This document shows, one piece after another, positions 47,823 through 57,522 of a stretch of DNA of 64,000 nt; positions within the stretch are counted from its first letter, which is position 1, and each line of letters starts with the position of its first letter. The translations under genes and the position numbers were made by a program. The notes under the pieces were generated by a model, which did no database searches, was not told the DNA's origin, and worked only from the letters and a program-made list of their open reading frames with translations. The DNA lies in NCBI GenBank assembly GCA_934120715.1, contig CAKOUW010000004.1, forward strand, positions 26,781 to 90,780, in the 5' to 3' direction. Source of the stretch: an uncultured Bacilli bacterium (GTDB lineage Bacteria; Bacillota_I; Bacilli_A; RF39; UBA660).

Positions 47823-48074
47823 ATGAATAAATATGAAGTAAATATTTATGAGCAAATTTCTAAAAATATTAAAAAGTATAGAAAGATAGCTGGAATTACT
47901 CAAGCTGTTCTAGCTGAAAGAGTTGGTGTATCTCATGAATTCATAAGAAGAATTGAATCAAAGAAAGGTGTTAAAACTTTTTCTGTTGATACAATTTGGA
48001 AAATATCTTTAGCGCTTAATATCGAACCTGGTAAGCTTTTTGAAATTAATATGGATGAAGTTATTAACTTATAA
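47823..48074 (+). CDS. XRE-family HTH transcriptional regulator
   Basis: 83 aa, ITQAVLAERVGVSHEFIRRIE helix-turn-helix. Divergent from dinB. Confidence 0.8.
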   Translation: MNKYEVNIYEQISKNIKKYRKIAGITQAVLAERVGVSHEFIRRIESKKGVKTFSVDTIWKISLALNIEPGKLFEINMDEVINL

Positions 48075-48094
48075 TTTATTTACATAACTTTTTA

Positions 48095-48130
48095 TAAAAT
48101 AAGATTGCTGAGAGTAGCAATCTTGTTTTA
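48095..48130. terminator. bidirectional terminator between the XRE gene and gpmI
   Basis: AAGATTGCT-gagagt-AGCAATCTT with T-runs on both strands. Confidence 0.7.
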
Positions 48131-49630
48131 TTTTTCTATTAAACTATTTCCAGTCATTTCAATTGGCTTTTCTATATTCATTAGCTCTAAAATAGTTGGA
48201 GCAATATCTCCCAGTTTTCCCTCATGAAGTTTTAGTCCTTTTTTGGTTATAATGAACGGAACTGGATTGGTAGTATGGGCTGTTAAGACATTATCATTAT
48301 CATCTAACATTTCTTCACAATTTCCATGATCAGCAGTTACTATTAAAATACCATCCACTTCCTTTACCTTTTCATATATAAGACCCAAGCCTTTATCAAC
48401 TGCTTCTACTGCCTTTATAGCTGCTTCTAGAACACCAGTATGGCCAACCATATCACCATTCGCATAATTTAAAATTACTAAATCATATTCGCCAATTTTA
48501 CCTAATAATTTTTCTGTTACTTCTTCACAGCTCATTTCCGGCTTAAGATCATATGTTGCTACTTTAGGAGATGGAATTAATATTTTTTCTTCATTTTTAT
48601 AATCAACTTCTTTACCTCCATCAAAGAAAAATGTTACGTGAGCATATTTTTCAGTTTCGGCAATTCTTAATTGACTAAGATTTTGCTTTTCAATATATTC
48701 ACCTAAGATATTAGTCATTTGTGGATCATCATAGGCATGTATTGCTTTAACAGTATGAACTACTGGTAACATAGTTAAAGCTTTAATATTTTTGAACTTC
48801 TTTGTAGGCATTGGTACTTCTTCAGGATTAGTAATAGCAGTCATAATTTCTCTTAATCTATCTTTTCTGAAGTTAAAAGCTATTATTCCATCGTTATCAG
48901 TTATATTTTTATTATCAGAGAACTTTGCTGGAATAAGGAATTCATCTGTTATACCATTTTTATAACTATTTTCTATGTACTCTTGTGGTGAAGTCTGACT
49001 TATTCCTAAATCATTTACTATTACATCATAGGCTTTTTGTAGTCTATCATAGTTACTGTCTCTATCCATACCATAGTAGCGTCCTCCAATAGTAGCAATT
49101 TCACCAATTCCTAATTCTTTTAACTTAGATTGTACTATTGATATATAGCTATAGGCACTTGTTGGTGAGACATCTCTTCCATCTGTAAATAAATGAAGAC
49201 ATACATTACTTATATTTTCTTTTTTACACATTTCAAGTAGTGCTATCAAATGATTTATATGTGAATGAACTCCTCCATCGCTTATTAAACCAAGAAGGTG
49301 TAGTTTAGAATTATTTTCTTTTACATGTTTCATGATACTTAGTATTTTTTCATTAGTAAAAATTGCACCTGTTTCAATACTTTTATTAATAAGTTCTAGT
49401 GGCTGATAAACTATTCTTCCAGCGCCTATATTCATATGGCCTACTTCACTATTTCCCATTTGTCCTTTTGGAAGACCAACTAACTGACCGGATGCTTGTA
49501 ATTTTGTATGTGGATAATTGTTCCACAACATATTAAATACCTTATTATCTGCTAAATATACAGCATTCCCATGTGATTCTTCTCTTAATCCATATCCATC
49601 TAATATAGCTAATACTACAGTTTGTTTCAT
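48128..49630 (-). CDS. gpmI: 2,3-bisphosphoglycerate-independent phosphoglycerate mutase
   Basis: VVLAILDGYG, NSEVGHMNIGAGR, ADHGN motifs. Start moved to ATG 49630 (MKQTVV). Confidence 0.9.
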   Translation of the reverse strand: MKQTVVLAILDGYGLREESHGNAVYLADNKVFNMLWNNYPHTKLQASGQLVGLPKGQMGNSEVGHMNIGAGRIVYQPLELINKSIETGAIFTNEKILSIMKHVKENNSKLHLLGLISDGGVHSHINHLIALLEMCKKENISNVCLHLFTDGRDVSPTSAYSYISIVQSKLKELGIGEIATIGGRYYGMDRDSNYDRLQKAYDVIVNDLGISQTSPQEYIENSYKNGITDEFLIPAKFSDNKNITDNDGIIAFNFRKDRLREIMTAITNPEEVPMPTKKFKNIKALTMLPVVHTVKAIHAYDDPQMTNILGEYIEKQNLSQLRIAETEKYAHVTFFFDGGKEVDYKNEEKILIPSPKVATYDLKPEMSCEEVTEKLLGKIGEYDLVILNYANGDMVGHTGVLEAAIKAVEAVDKGLGLIYEKVKEVDGILIVTADHGNCEEMLDDNDNVLTAHTTNPVPFIITKKGLKLHEGKLGDIAPTILELMNIEKPIEMTGNSLIEK

Positions 49631-49640
49631 AGTTTTCCTC

Positions 49641-50918
49641 CTATATCTTTGTATCATTTAAACAAAAAACAGAGTAAATTGGAATATATCGTACCTCTTT
49701 TTTTGTTGAAAAATTATTTTCAGTAATCCTATATGCTTGTTGAGTAATAAATTTCTTTATAAATACAGAAAGTGATTTGGCTTTTGACTGTACTCTAGTG
49801 ACTATTTCGATAGGAATAATTTTGCCCATTCTGTTTTGAATAACAAAATTAACTTCTGCCTTACCATCTGATTGATAATAATATAGGGCATATCCTGAAT
49901 TGGCTAAAGTTTTAGCTATGTGATTTTCATATATTGTTTCTTTTATTTTTCCATCTGTCATAAACTGTTTAAAGTTTAGGTGAAGCATTGTAAATAGTAA
50001 TCCATCATCAGGTAAATATAATTTAAAGCTATCTTTTTCTTTACAACTACTCAATGGTGATTTAACATCTTTTATTTTATAGCTTCGATATGCTAATTGA
50101 TTATTAACTAGGTATTCAATTGAACTTTCATATTCTTTTGACCTTTTTCCTGCTCCAATTAAACCATATTGAAACTTTTTGTTATCCTTTTTTAACTGTT
50201 CAGGAATGCTATTGATTACTTCTAGTCCTCTAGTTATGTCAATTAAGTTTTTATTTAAAAGTAATTCTTTCTTATAAATATCTATTATTTTTTGTTTTAT
50301 AGCATCTATCTCATATGGACTTTTACCAGTTATGCTTGCTTCTATTACTTCTGGAAGACCTCCTGTTATTAAATATTCTTGGAATAAATCCAAGGCTACC
50401 TTATGAAAAGGACATGTTTTATGCTTTTGAAATGACTCTCTTATAAGGTTAGCTAGACTTTTCTCATCCCTTGCCCAAAGATACTCTTCAAAGTCAAGAC
50501 CAGTCATACCTTTGAATTGTAATTCTTCACCTTTGAAAGATGACAAATTTTCTCTTCTTGATGTAATAGCAATTATATGATATTTACTGTGTTCACTACC
50601 AAATATTTTTAGTCCCTTTACTATTTCAATATCATTAACATTATCAAATATAATTAATGTACAGTCTTTTAAGATAGTTTCACCTGATAATAGAGATAAG
50701 TTTAATATTATTTTTTCAGTTGATTTCTCTTTTTTAAATAATTCTTTTATAACTTTGTTATTTTCAGTATTAAAGTAGACAGTATTTTTATACTCTTTTT
50801 CTCCATAAGATAAGGCAGCAAAAGTTTTTCCAATTTGTTTAGGGCCATATAGTATTAGTGGCTTCCTTATTATATCTTTTTGCCATTTTTGAAAGAATTC
50901 ATCTATTTTTCGTTCCAT
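49641..50918 (-). CDS. AAA-type ATP-binding protein (AAA_14/DUF4143-like architecture)
   Basis: Walker A LILYGPKQIGKTF. 425 aa. The layout resembles the common ATPase plus DUF4143 family. Confidence 0.55.
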   Translation of the reverse strand: MERKIDEFFQKWQKDIIRKPLILYGPKQIGKTFAALSYGEKEYKNTVYFNTENNKVIKELFKKEKSTEKIILNLSLLSGETILKDCTLIIFDNVNDIEIVKGLKIFGSEHSKYHIIAITSRRENLSSFKGEELQFKGMTGLDFEEYLWARDEKSLANLIRESFQKHKTCPFHKVALDLFQEYLITGGLPEVIEASITGKSPYEIDAIKQKIIDIYKKELLLNKNLIDITRGLEVINSIPEQLKKDNKKFQYGLIGAGKRSKEYESSIEYLVNNQLAYRSYKIKDVKSPLSSCKEKDSFKLYLPDDGLLFTMLHLNFKQFMTDGKIKETIYENHIAKTLANSGYALYYYQSDGKAEVNFVIQNRMGKIIPIEIVTRVQSKAKSLSVFIKKFITQQAYRITENNFSTKKEVRYIPIYSVFCLNDTKI

Positions 50919-50951
50919 AAACTGTAATCACCTCACATATTATATAAATTA

Positions 50952-50980
50952 AGTATACTTTTCTATCTATATTTTGTCAA
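50952..50980 (-). promoter_or_regulatory. sigma-A promoter for the AAA ATPase / gpmI unit
   Basis: Minus strand TTGACA (50980-50975), 17 nt spacer, TATACT (50957-50952). An 11-bp inverted repeat (50963-50973 / 51006-51016) straddles the -35. Confidence 0.55.
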
Positions 50981-51113
50981 TGGTCTAGTATTGTATTGAT
51001 CTAGCAATATAGATAGTATATGGTGGTAATTATTAGTACTTGAGGAATATATAGATTAAAATTTAAATATACACATTTTCATTTTTTTAATATTACTCTG
51101 TACTTTCTAAATT

Positions 51114-51153
51114 AAAAGAGCAAATAGAAATCTGCTAATCTATTTGCTCTTTT
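51114..51153. terminator. bidirectional terminator after spo0A
   Basis: GAGCAAATAGA / TCTATTTGCTC 11-bp stem, 10-nt loop, flanked by AAAA and TTTT. Confidence 0.7.
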
Positions 51154-51169
51154 AATAATTTATATAAAA

Positions 51170-51946
51170 CTAATTATTGACTGTCATTTTATTAAATTCC
51201 AATCTTAATTTATCTGCTACTGTTACAATAAATTCTGAATTAGTTGGTTTGGCTTTATCTATGTCTACGCTGTGTCCAAAAATTTCTTCCATCAATTGCC
51301 AATTACCTCTATTCCAGCTTACTTCAATAGCATGTCTTATTGCCCTTTCTACTCTTGAGACAGTAGTATCATACTTTTTAGCTATTTCAGGATATAACTC
51401 TTTTGTTATTCCACCTACTAACTCCGGGTTTTCATAGACAAGTGTTATACCTTCCCTTATATATTGATACCCTTTTATGTGTGATGGAACACCTAATTCA
51501 TGAAGCGTATTAGTAATATACTTTTGTAGATTATTATGATATAAATCAAGTGCTTTTCCACCAAACTTTAGCCCTTCTTTTACCTCAATTATTCTCTTTT
51601 CTAGATCTTCTAGTTCAAATGGTTTAAGTATAAAATAGCTTACTCCCATTTCTGATACTCTTCTAATCATGTCCTGTGTGTTATATGATGTGAGTATTAT
51701 GACATTTTTGTCTATATTTTTCTTTTTCATATACTCTAAGACTGCAATACCATCTTTATTTGGCATTATTAAGTCTAAAAGAATTATGTCATATTCATCT
51801 CTCTTCTTGTCAATTACTCTGATTCCTTCTACTCCATCATAAGCTTCTAAAGCGATCGTTATATCTGCGTGATCACTAAAGTATTCCTTTATCATGTCGA
51901 CTAGATTTTTATTATCGTCGATGATTAAGATTCTTGTTTTTCCCAT
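51170..51946 (-). CDS. spo0A: sporulation master regulator Spo0A
   Basis: Receiver domain (ILIIDDN...LLDLIMP). C-terminal [12 protein letters not shown]...[15 protein letters not shown]...[17 protein letters not shown] is the Spo0A-specific DNA-binding domain. Start at the internal ATG (MGKTRIL). Confidence 0.95.
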   Translation of the reverse strand: MGKTRILIIDDNKNLVDMIKEYFSDHADITIALEAYDGVEGIRVIDKKRDEYDIILLDLIMPNKDGIAVLEYMKKKNIDKNVIILTSYNTQDMIRRVSEMGVSYFILKPFELEDLEKRIIEVKEGLKFGGKALDLYHNNLQKYITNTLHELGVPSHIKGYQYIREGITLVYENPELVGGITKELYPEIAKKYDTTVSRVERAIRHAIEVSWNRGNWQLMEEIFGHSVDIDKAKPTNSEFIVTVADKLRLEFNKMTVNN

Positions 51947-52008
51947 TTTTTCTCCTCTCATATACTACCACGCATTCTAATTATATAACATGAAAGGCGA
52001 AATTGGTA

Positions 52009-52047
52009 GAAAAAAATTAGACAAGTTTTGTCGAAACTGTCTAATTT
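52009..52047 (-). terminator. rho-independent terminator after tpiA
   Basis: ATTAGACA(G)-12 nt-(T)TGTCTAAT followed by TTTTTTT on the minus strand. The loop contains a TGTCGAA 0A-box sequence on the plus strand. Confidence 0.65.
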
Positions 52048-52744
52048 AGTATTTTATTGTCTGTAAAAACGAATTTATTTTTTCTGGCGATAAACTTAAA
52101 TTTCCAATTAAGTAACCATCTAAGCTACATTTTTTTATTATTATAATATTTTCTTCTGTTATGCCGCCACCATATAAGATTTTATTATTGGGCAATATTT
52201 TTCTTATAGTTTTTAAAACCTTTTCTAAATAATCTTTTGAAGGTATTTTATTACTCCCAATAGTCCACATTGGTTCATATGCAATCATTAATTTTTCTTT
52301 ATCCTTTTGAGATAAGTCTTTTACTATTTTTCTTAACTCAGTTGTTAATCTTTTTTCCATTAGTCCTGTTTCACTTTCTTCAAATGTTTCTCCGATACAT
52401 ACGATAGGGGTTATCCCTTGTTTAAGCAATAATTTAATTTTGTCTTTAATGTCATTAATAGATTCATGTAAATTTTTTCTTTCTTTATGACCTACTAGGC
52501 AGTATGTTATCCCAAGTGATTTTAACTGTTCAGCTGATACTTCGCCGGTATATGGACCATAACTATTTTTACTTACATTCTGACTTCCAATCTTAAATTT
52601 TTGGGATGAAGTTATCGCTAAATAGGCCATTGGTGGGCATAATATTATTTGTTCATCTTTAATTTTGACTTTTTTTAGATTTTTTAGGTATTGTATATAT
52701 TCTTTTTTACTAAAATGGCATTTATTATTTAACACTATTATCAT
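52046..52744 (-). CDS. tpiA: triose-phosphate isomerase (short, divergent)
   Basis: LNNKCH (Asn/Lys), GHKERK (His), VCIGET (Glu), AYEPMWTIGS, YGGGI. 232 aa. Confidence 0.75.
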   Translation of the reverse strand: MIIVLNNKCHFSKKEYIQYLKNLKKVKIKDEQIILCPPMAYLAITSSQKFKIGSQNVSKNSYGPYTGEVSAEQLKSLGITYCLVGHKERKNLHESINDIKDKIKLLLKQGITPIVCIGETFEESETGLMEKRLTTELRKIVKDLSQKDKEKLMIAYEPMWTIGSNKIPSKDYLEKVLKTIRKILPNNKILYGGGITEENIIIIKKCSLDGYLIGNLSLSPEKINSFLQTIKY

Positions 52745-52745
52745 G

Positions 52746-53975
52746 CTATTTTCCCCTTATTTTTTTTGATATTCTTGATATTATTCCAAACTTATCCTCA
52801 TTCTTTTTATCTATTATTGCTCTTTCATAGACTTCTAAAACTCTATTAGCAAAGGTCTTAGAGCTGCAGTGTTCTGCTTGAATTCTTGCTTGGCTGCTTA
52901 TTCTATTTCTTAATTGAGTATCTTTATATAGTTTTAAAACATCTTCACAATATTCTTTTTCATTTTTGAAAATTACACCATTCAAATCATCTGTTACTGT
53001 TGATAAAAATGCTTCATCCTCAATACAAAGTGGTACTATTCCAGAAGCCATTGCTTCTATTACAGTTAATCCTTGTGTCTCTGTTGTAGAGGCTGTTGCG
53101 AATAAGTCGGCACAGTGGTAATATATTGGCATTTCTTCCCATGCTGCTTTACCATTAAATATAATGTTATTTTCTAAGCCCTTTTCCTTTGATAGTTCTT
53201 CGTATTTTTCTTTGTCTGGGCCATCTCCCACTATTAGCAATTTAATGTTTTTTATACTTTTTACCAATTCTTTTTGGCAGTTAATTAAAAATTCAACATT
53301 TTTTTCTGAAGCTAGTCTTCCAACAAAGAGGATAACAAAATCTTTTCGCTGAATGCCTAGTTTTTTCTTTAATTTATCAACGTCTTTATGATTTACATTT
53401 TCTTCAAAAAATTTTTCTACTTCCATACCAGTTGGTACTATATGAATATTTTTTTCAAATTTATATTTTTCCCTAAACAATTTGTATATTTTGTTTGTTG
53501 TAACAATTAGTTCAGTAGCTGTTTTGTCGCAATAAAATTTAGTTAGGTATTCAACAATTTTTTTACTCGATTTTTCAAAATAGCCATGTGTTATGTAGTG
53601 GGTATAATCTTCATAAAGAGTATGGTAGGTATGAACTAAGGGAATATTAAACTGTTTAGCAAATAATCTAGCTAATATTCCAATTCCAAACTCTGTATGG
53701 GAGTGAACCACATCTAAATTCCAATTTTTCATTGTATTAATCATTGATAAGGGATATATGCGGCTTAGTCTATAATCATATATTCCTATTGGAATACCTG
53801 GTACCTTAACAATTCGTTCTTCTTGATCATACTCATACTTTAATGCATTGTTGCTAACAGTTACGACGTATACTATATGTCCCTGCTTTTCTAATGCTCT
53901 TTTCAATGTAGCAACACTTGTCGATACTCCATTAATATATGGAGGATACGAGTCAGTAAATAGACCTATTCTCAT
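52746..53975 (-). CDS. GT4-family glycosyltransferase (glycolipid synthase-like)
   Basis: MRIGLFTDSYPPYINGVSTSV N-terminus and the EtqGLtviEAMA-type motif TETQGLTVIEAMASG. Confidence 0.7.
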   Translation of the reverse strand: MRIGLFTDSYPPYINGVSTSVATLKRALEKQGHIVYVVTVSNNALKYEYDQEERIVKVPGIPIGIYDYRLSRIYPLSMINTMKNWNLDVVHSHTEFGIGILARLFAKQFNIPLVHTYHTLYEDYTHYITHGYFEKSSKKIVEYLTKFYCDKTATELIVTTNKIYKLFREKYKFEKNIHIVPTGMEVEKFFEENVNHKDVDKLKKKLGIQRKDFVILFVGRLASEKNVEFLINCQKELVKSIKNIKLLIVGDGPDKEKYEELSKEKGLENNIIFNGKAAWEEMPIYYHCADLFATASTTETQGLTVIEAMASGIVPLCIEDEAFLSTVTDDLNGVIFKNEKEYCEDVLKLYKDTQLRNRISSQARIQAEHCSSKTFANRVLEVYERAIIDKKNEDKFGIISRISKKIRGK

Positions 53976-53976
53976 T

Positions 53977-54987
53977 TTAGTCTCCTTTCTTTTCTACACC
54001 TAAAAGTATTGCGCCTACTATCATGCCTAGATAGTATGTAATAAATCGCCATACTAACAATAAGGTATTTAAAGCTACAGTCTTAAAGAAATTTCCAAAA
54101 AATTTAATGAAACCATATTCAATTCCACCGCTAGCACCAGGAATAGGTACAAATGAACCCATTATATATATGTATGCTGATGCTGTTATAGCTTGTAATA
54201 GATTTAGACTTGTAAAATCATTGAAGCCATAGGCTATAAATAATGGTATAGCATAGAAGAAGCTTAGGCTTAAGAAATTAATTAAAATTCCTTCTACTAA
54301 TAAACGTTTATTTTTTCTTAAGATTTTGGCACTTTCATGGAAATCTTCTAATTTTTCTTCAAAACGTTTCTTTTGCTTTTCTTTATTTTTTATTATTTTA
54401 AAGTGGGATAATATATTAATAATACCATTTAAGGCCTTTTTAGTTATTTTTTTAGATAAAGTTATAATATATAATACTACTATTACTAATATGTTAACTA
54501 TAAATCCTAACGTTACTAAATTATTTAGCATTACTGCCTTTGGAAATAAGTTAAAAATCAAATTATAAATAACTACTATTATTCCATATATAACTAGGGC
54601 TGTTTGATAGAAAATAAAGTTTATTATAGTTACGCTTGTTGCCTTAGCTACACTTATATCATGTTCTGTTAACATATATATTTCCATTGGCTGTCCACCT
54701 GTTGAGAATGGTGTTATTCCGTTAAAAAATTGAGTTATAATATTGTGCTTAATAGCTTCTTTAAAGGTTAATCTTTTTTTATCATCAACACTTTTATAAA
54801 TAATATAAGCTCTGAGTATTATATAGATAAAATAGAATAGGATTGCTATAGCGACAAAGAATAAATTCATTGTTGATAAGGTTTTAACTATATCTGAAAA
54901 ATTATCTTTTAATAATATGTATAGAATTATTAAAGTTACTAATAAAATGATTATAGAGTTTTTCTTAATATTTTTTATTGTTTTCAT
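53977..54987 (-). CDS. polytopic membrane protein, flippase-like (LPG-synthase TM / UPF0104-like)
   Basis: 336 aa, about 8 hydrophobic helices. Separated from the GT4 gene by a 1-nt gap. Confidence 0.45.
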   Translation of the reverse strand: MKTIKNIKKNSIIILLVTLIILYILLKDNFSDIVKTLSTMNLFFVAIAILFYFIYIILRAYIIYKSVDDKKRLTFKEAIKHNIITQFFNGITPFSTGGQPMEIYMLTEHDISVAKATSVTIINFIFYQTALVIYGIIVVIYNLIFNLFPKAVMLNNLVTLGFIVNILVIVVLYIITLSKKITKKALNGIINILSHFKIIKNKEKQKKRFEEKLEDFHESAKILRKNKRLLVEGILINFLSLSFFYAIPLFIAYGFNDFTSLNLLQAITASAYIYIMGSFVPIPGASGGIEYGFIKFFGNFFKTVALNTLLLVWRFITYYLGMIVGAILLGVEKKGD

Positions 54988-55006
54988 AAGCTTTCCTACA
55001 TTCTTA

Positions 55007-56179
55007 TTATTTTATTGCTTCTAAGCCTGGTAACTCTTTACCTTCTAAATATTCTAGGGTAGCACCACCACCAGTTGAGGCATGATAAACTTTATCTTTT
55101 AAATTAGCACTGGCTGCTGCCGCTACTATGTCACCGCCACCAAGAATTGTTTTTATATTATTATCAACTAAATATTTCAAGATTTCATCTGTACCTTTTT
55201 TATATTTGGAAAATTCATATACACCTAAAGGGCCATTCCAGACTACAGTTTTAGCAGTTTTTAAAATTCTTTTGAATTCTTCAATGGTTTCATTTCCTAT
55301 ATCAAGGCCCATTTCATTATTTTGAATGTCTTCTATTTTTCTTTCAATGCATGGTGTATCATTAGAGTATTCTGATGTTGTTAGAACGTCATTAGGCAAT
55401 ATTATTTTATTTGGATATTTTTCTAGTATATCTTGACAGAATTTAATGTTTTCTTCATCAAGAATAGATGTTCCTATGTCATATCCTTTGGCTTTTAAAA
55501 AGGTAAAGGCCATACCGCCACCAATTAGTATTTTATCTGCTTTTGTAATTAGATTTTTAATTACACCTATTTTATCTTTTACTTTAGCGCCACCTAATAT
55601 TACGATAAATGGTCTTTCTGGATCATTTAAGGAACTTAAAACGTTTAATTCTCTTTCAACTAAAAGCCCTATAGCTGATGGAATGTTTGCTGCTATACCT
55701 ACATTTGAGGCATGAGATCTATGAATAGTGCCAAAAGCATCATTTATAAATATGTCGCCTAGACTAGCCCAATATTTTCCTAATTCTTCATTGTTGGAAC
55801 TTTCTTTTTTACCTTCTAAATCTTCATATCTAGTATTTTCAAGTAATACTATATCCCTAGATTGCATTTTGCTAGTGATATCTTCTACTTCTTTTCCTCT
55901 AGTCATTGGTATAAAGGTAACTTTTGTGTCCAGTATTTCTTCTAAGCGTTTAGCAACTGGCTTTAGAGAATTTTTTACTAAATCTGATTCTTCTTTTATT
56001 CTGCCAAGGTGAGATAGCAAAATTATTTTACAATTATTTTCCAAACAATAATTAATTGTAGGAATACTCATTACTATTCTACTGTCATCTATTATCTGTC
56101 CATCCTTTATAGGAACATTAAAATCACAACGTATTATTACTTTCTTATTTTTTATATCAATGTCTTTAATAGTTCTCAT
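55007..56179 (-). CDS. pgk: phosphoglycerate kinase
   Basis: RCDFNVP, LSHLGR, GGGDIVAA, STGGGATLE motifs. Confidence 0.95.
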   Translation of the reverse strand: MRTIKDIDIKNKKVIIRCDFNVPIKDGQIIDDSRIVMSIPTINYCLENNCKIILLSHLGRIKEESDLVKNSLKPVAKRLEEILDTKVTFIPMTRGKEVEDITSKMQSRDIVLLENTRYEDLEGKKESSNNEELGKYWASLGDIFINDAFGTIHRSHASNVGIAANIPSAIGLLVERELNVLSSLNDPERPFIVILGGAKVKDKIGVIKNLITKADKILIGGGMAFTFLKAKGYDIGTSILDEENIKFCQDILEKYPNKIILPNDVLTTSEYSNDTPCIERKIEDIQNNEMGLDIGNETIEEFKRILKTAKTVVWNGPLGVYEFSKYKKGTDEILKYLVDNNIKTILGGGDIVAAAASANLKDKVYHASTGGGATLEYLEGKELPGLEAIK

Positions 56180-56403
56180 AGCATTTCTCCTGTCTTACAT
56201 AAAGTATATCACTTTTAAATGTCGTTTTAAAGGTATTTTAATTTTATCATATATAGAGTTAATATTATTTTGTGTTAAAATAGTTCAATTACTACATATG
56301 TAAAATTATGTAAATTTGCTATTAAAGTGTAGGATATTAATTCTTTTTATATTATAATCTTATTAGATAGTATAGCTATCATACGTTTGAAAGGAGAGAT
56401 AGT

Positions 56404-57057
56404 ATGGCAGGATCTGGTTTTACTGGATTTAATCCAAGTGCCGTTGAAAATTCTATTCGTGGTGTTATTAGCTCATACAATGAATTAATTTCTTTGCTTG
56501 GAAACGATGTACAAAACAAGGTTATTAATGAAATGCAAAGTGTTTGGGCATGTAAGGAGGCACAAAACTTTTTTGAAGCGTTTGCAGAAAATGTAAATGC
56601 ATTAATAAAAAATGCTAATGATAGTTTTGAATTTGTTGTTGCATCAATGAATGAGGCTGGTTATGAGTGGGCAGTTAGCACTGGTGATGCTAGCAGTTTT
56701 AGAAGAGTATCTTTTAGCCCAAGTTCAACTACTGTTTCAGCAGCTGGTATCCAAGAAAATATTGGTGGTGTGAGAGGAATTAATGTAGGTATGGCTACAT
56801 CTATAGCTAATTTGCTTCCTGGAATCGCTTCATCTGTTGGTAGTGCAGTAGATCAAGCTAGAAATAGTGTTAGCAATTGTGGATTTATTGGTTCTAGTAT
56901 GGAATCAAGCCTTCAAGGTACTTTGGATAGAGTTAAGTCAAGTATTAGAGAAAATATAGAAGTCCTTACTGATGACTGTAAGCAAAAAATTAATTCTACA
57001 GTTTCTAGTTATGGTGATCTACAAGGAAAGGTTGCTTCTTCATTTTCTGCTCAATAG
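56404..57057 (+). CDS. WXG100-like N-terminal hairpin protein (217 aa), candidate T7SS substrate
   Basis: No signal peptide. MQSVWACKEAQNFFEAF occupies the position of the WxG turn (W-A-C). Shares RGINV and FIGS/FIGG blocks with the 357-aa neighbour. SD aaaggagag. Confidence 0.45.
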   Translation: MAGSGFTGFNPSAVENSIRGVISSYNELISLLGNDVQNKVINEMQSVWACKEAQNFFEAFAENVNALIKNANDSFEFVVASMNEAGYEWAVSTGDASSFRRVSFSPSSTTVSAAGIQENIGGVRGINVGMATSIANLLPGIASSVGSAVDQARNSVSNCGFIGSSMESSLQGTLDRVKSSIRENIEVLTDDCKQKINSTVSSYGDLQGKVASSFSAQ

Positions 57058-57077
57058 TTAAAGCAATATGTGATTTT

Positions 57078-57112
57078 AATGTATGTAATATTTATTATTA
57101 CGTACATTTTTT
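57078..57112 (+). terminator. rho-independent terminator after the 217-aa gene
   Basis: ATGTATGTAATA-ttt-ATTATTACGTACAT (one G-T pair) followed by TTTTTTC. Confidence 0.6.
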
Positions 57113-57356
57113 CTTTTAATTAGTTATTTTTTGTATGTACATTTTCAGTTAAATATACTATATGTTAGACAGCCTTAATTATCACTTTGTGAAAATTTAA
57201 AATTCTAGATACTATAATATAATGATCTGTTTTCTAGTCAATATAAAATACCAACTACAAATTTAATTTTGTCGTTCTTTAATACAACCGCGTTATTATT
57301 AATAAATTATTGATCTTAATGATATCTGCATATTTCCATATAAACTTGCATGTTGG

Positions 57357-57388
57357 AGGAAAAAGTTCATGTTTTTTACACATGAACT
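57357..57388 (-). terminator. rho-independent terminator downstream of the 357-aa gene
   Basis: AGTTCATG / CATGAACT stem, 9-nt loop, TTTTT on the minus strand. Confidence 0.5.
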
Positions 57389-57522
57389 ATATATTTTATT
57401 AATTGCTCTGCTTTTGGCTGCTTGAGTTACTAATTTTTAACGCTGATTGTGACTTCACATTTGTCATACACTGGCAAGCAATTTTTCTATCACAGTGCAA
57501 ATAAATTTAAGCCTTTGCTAAT

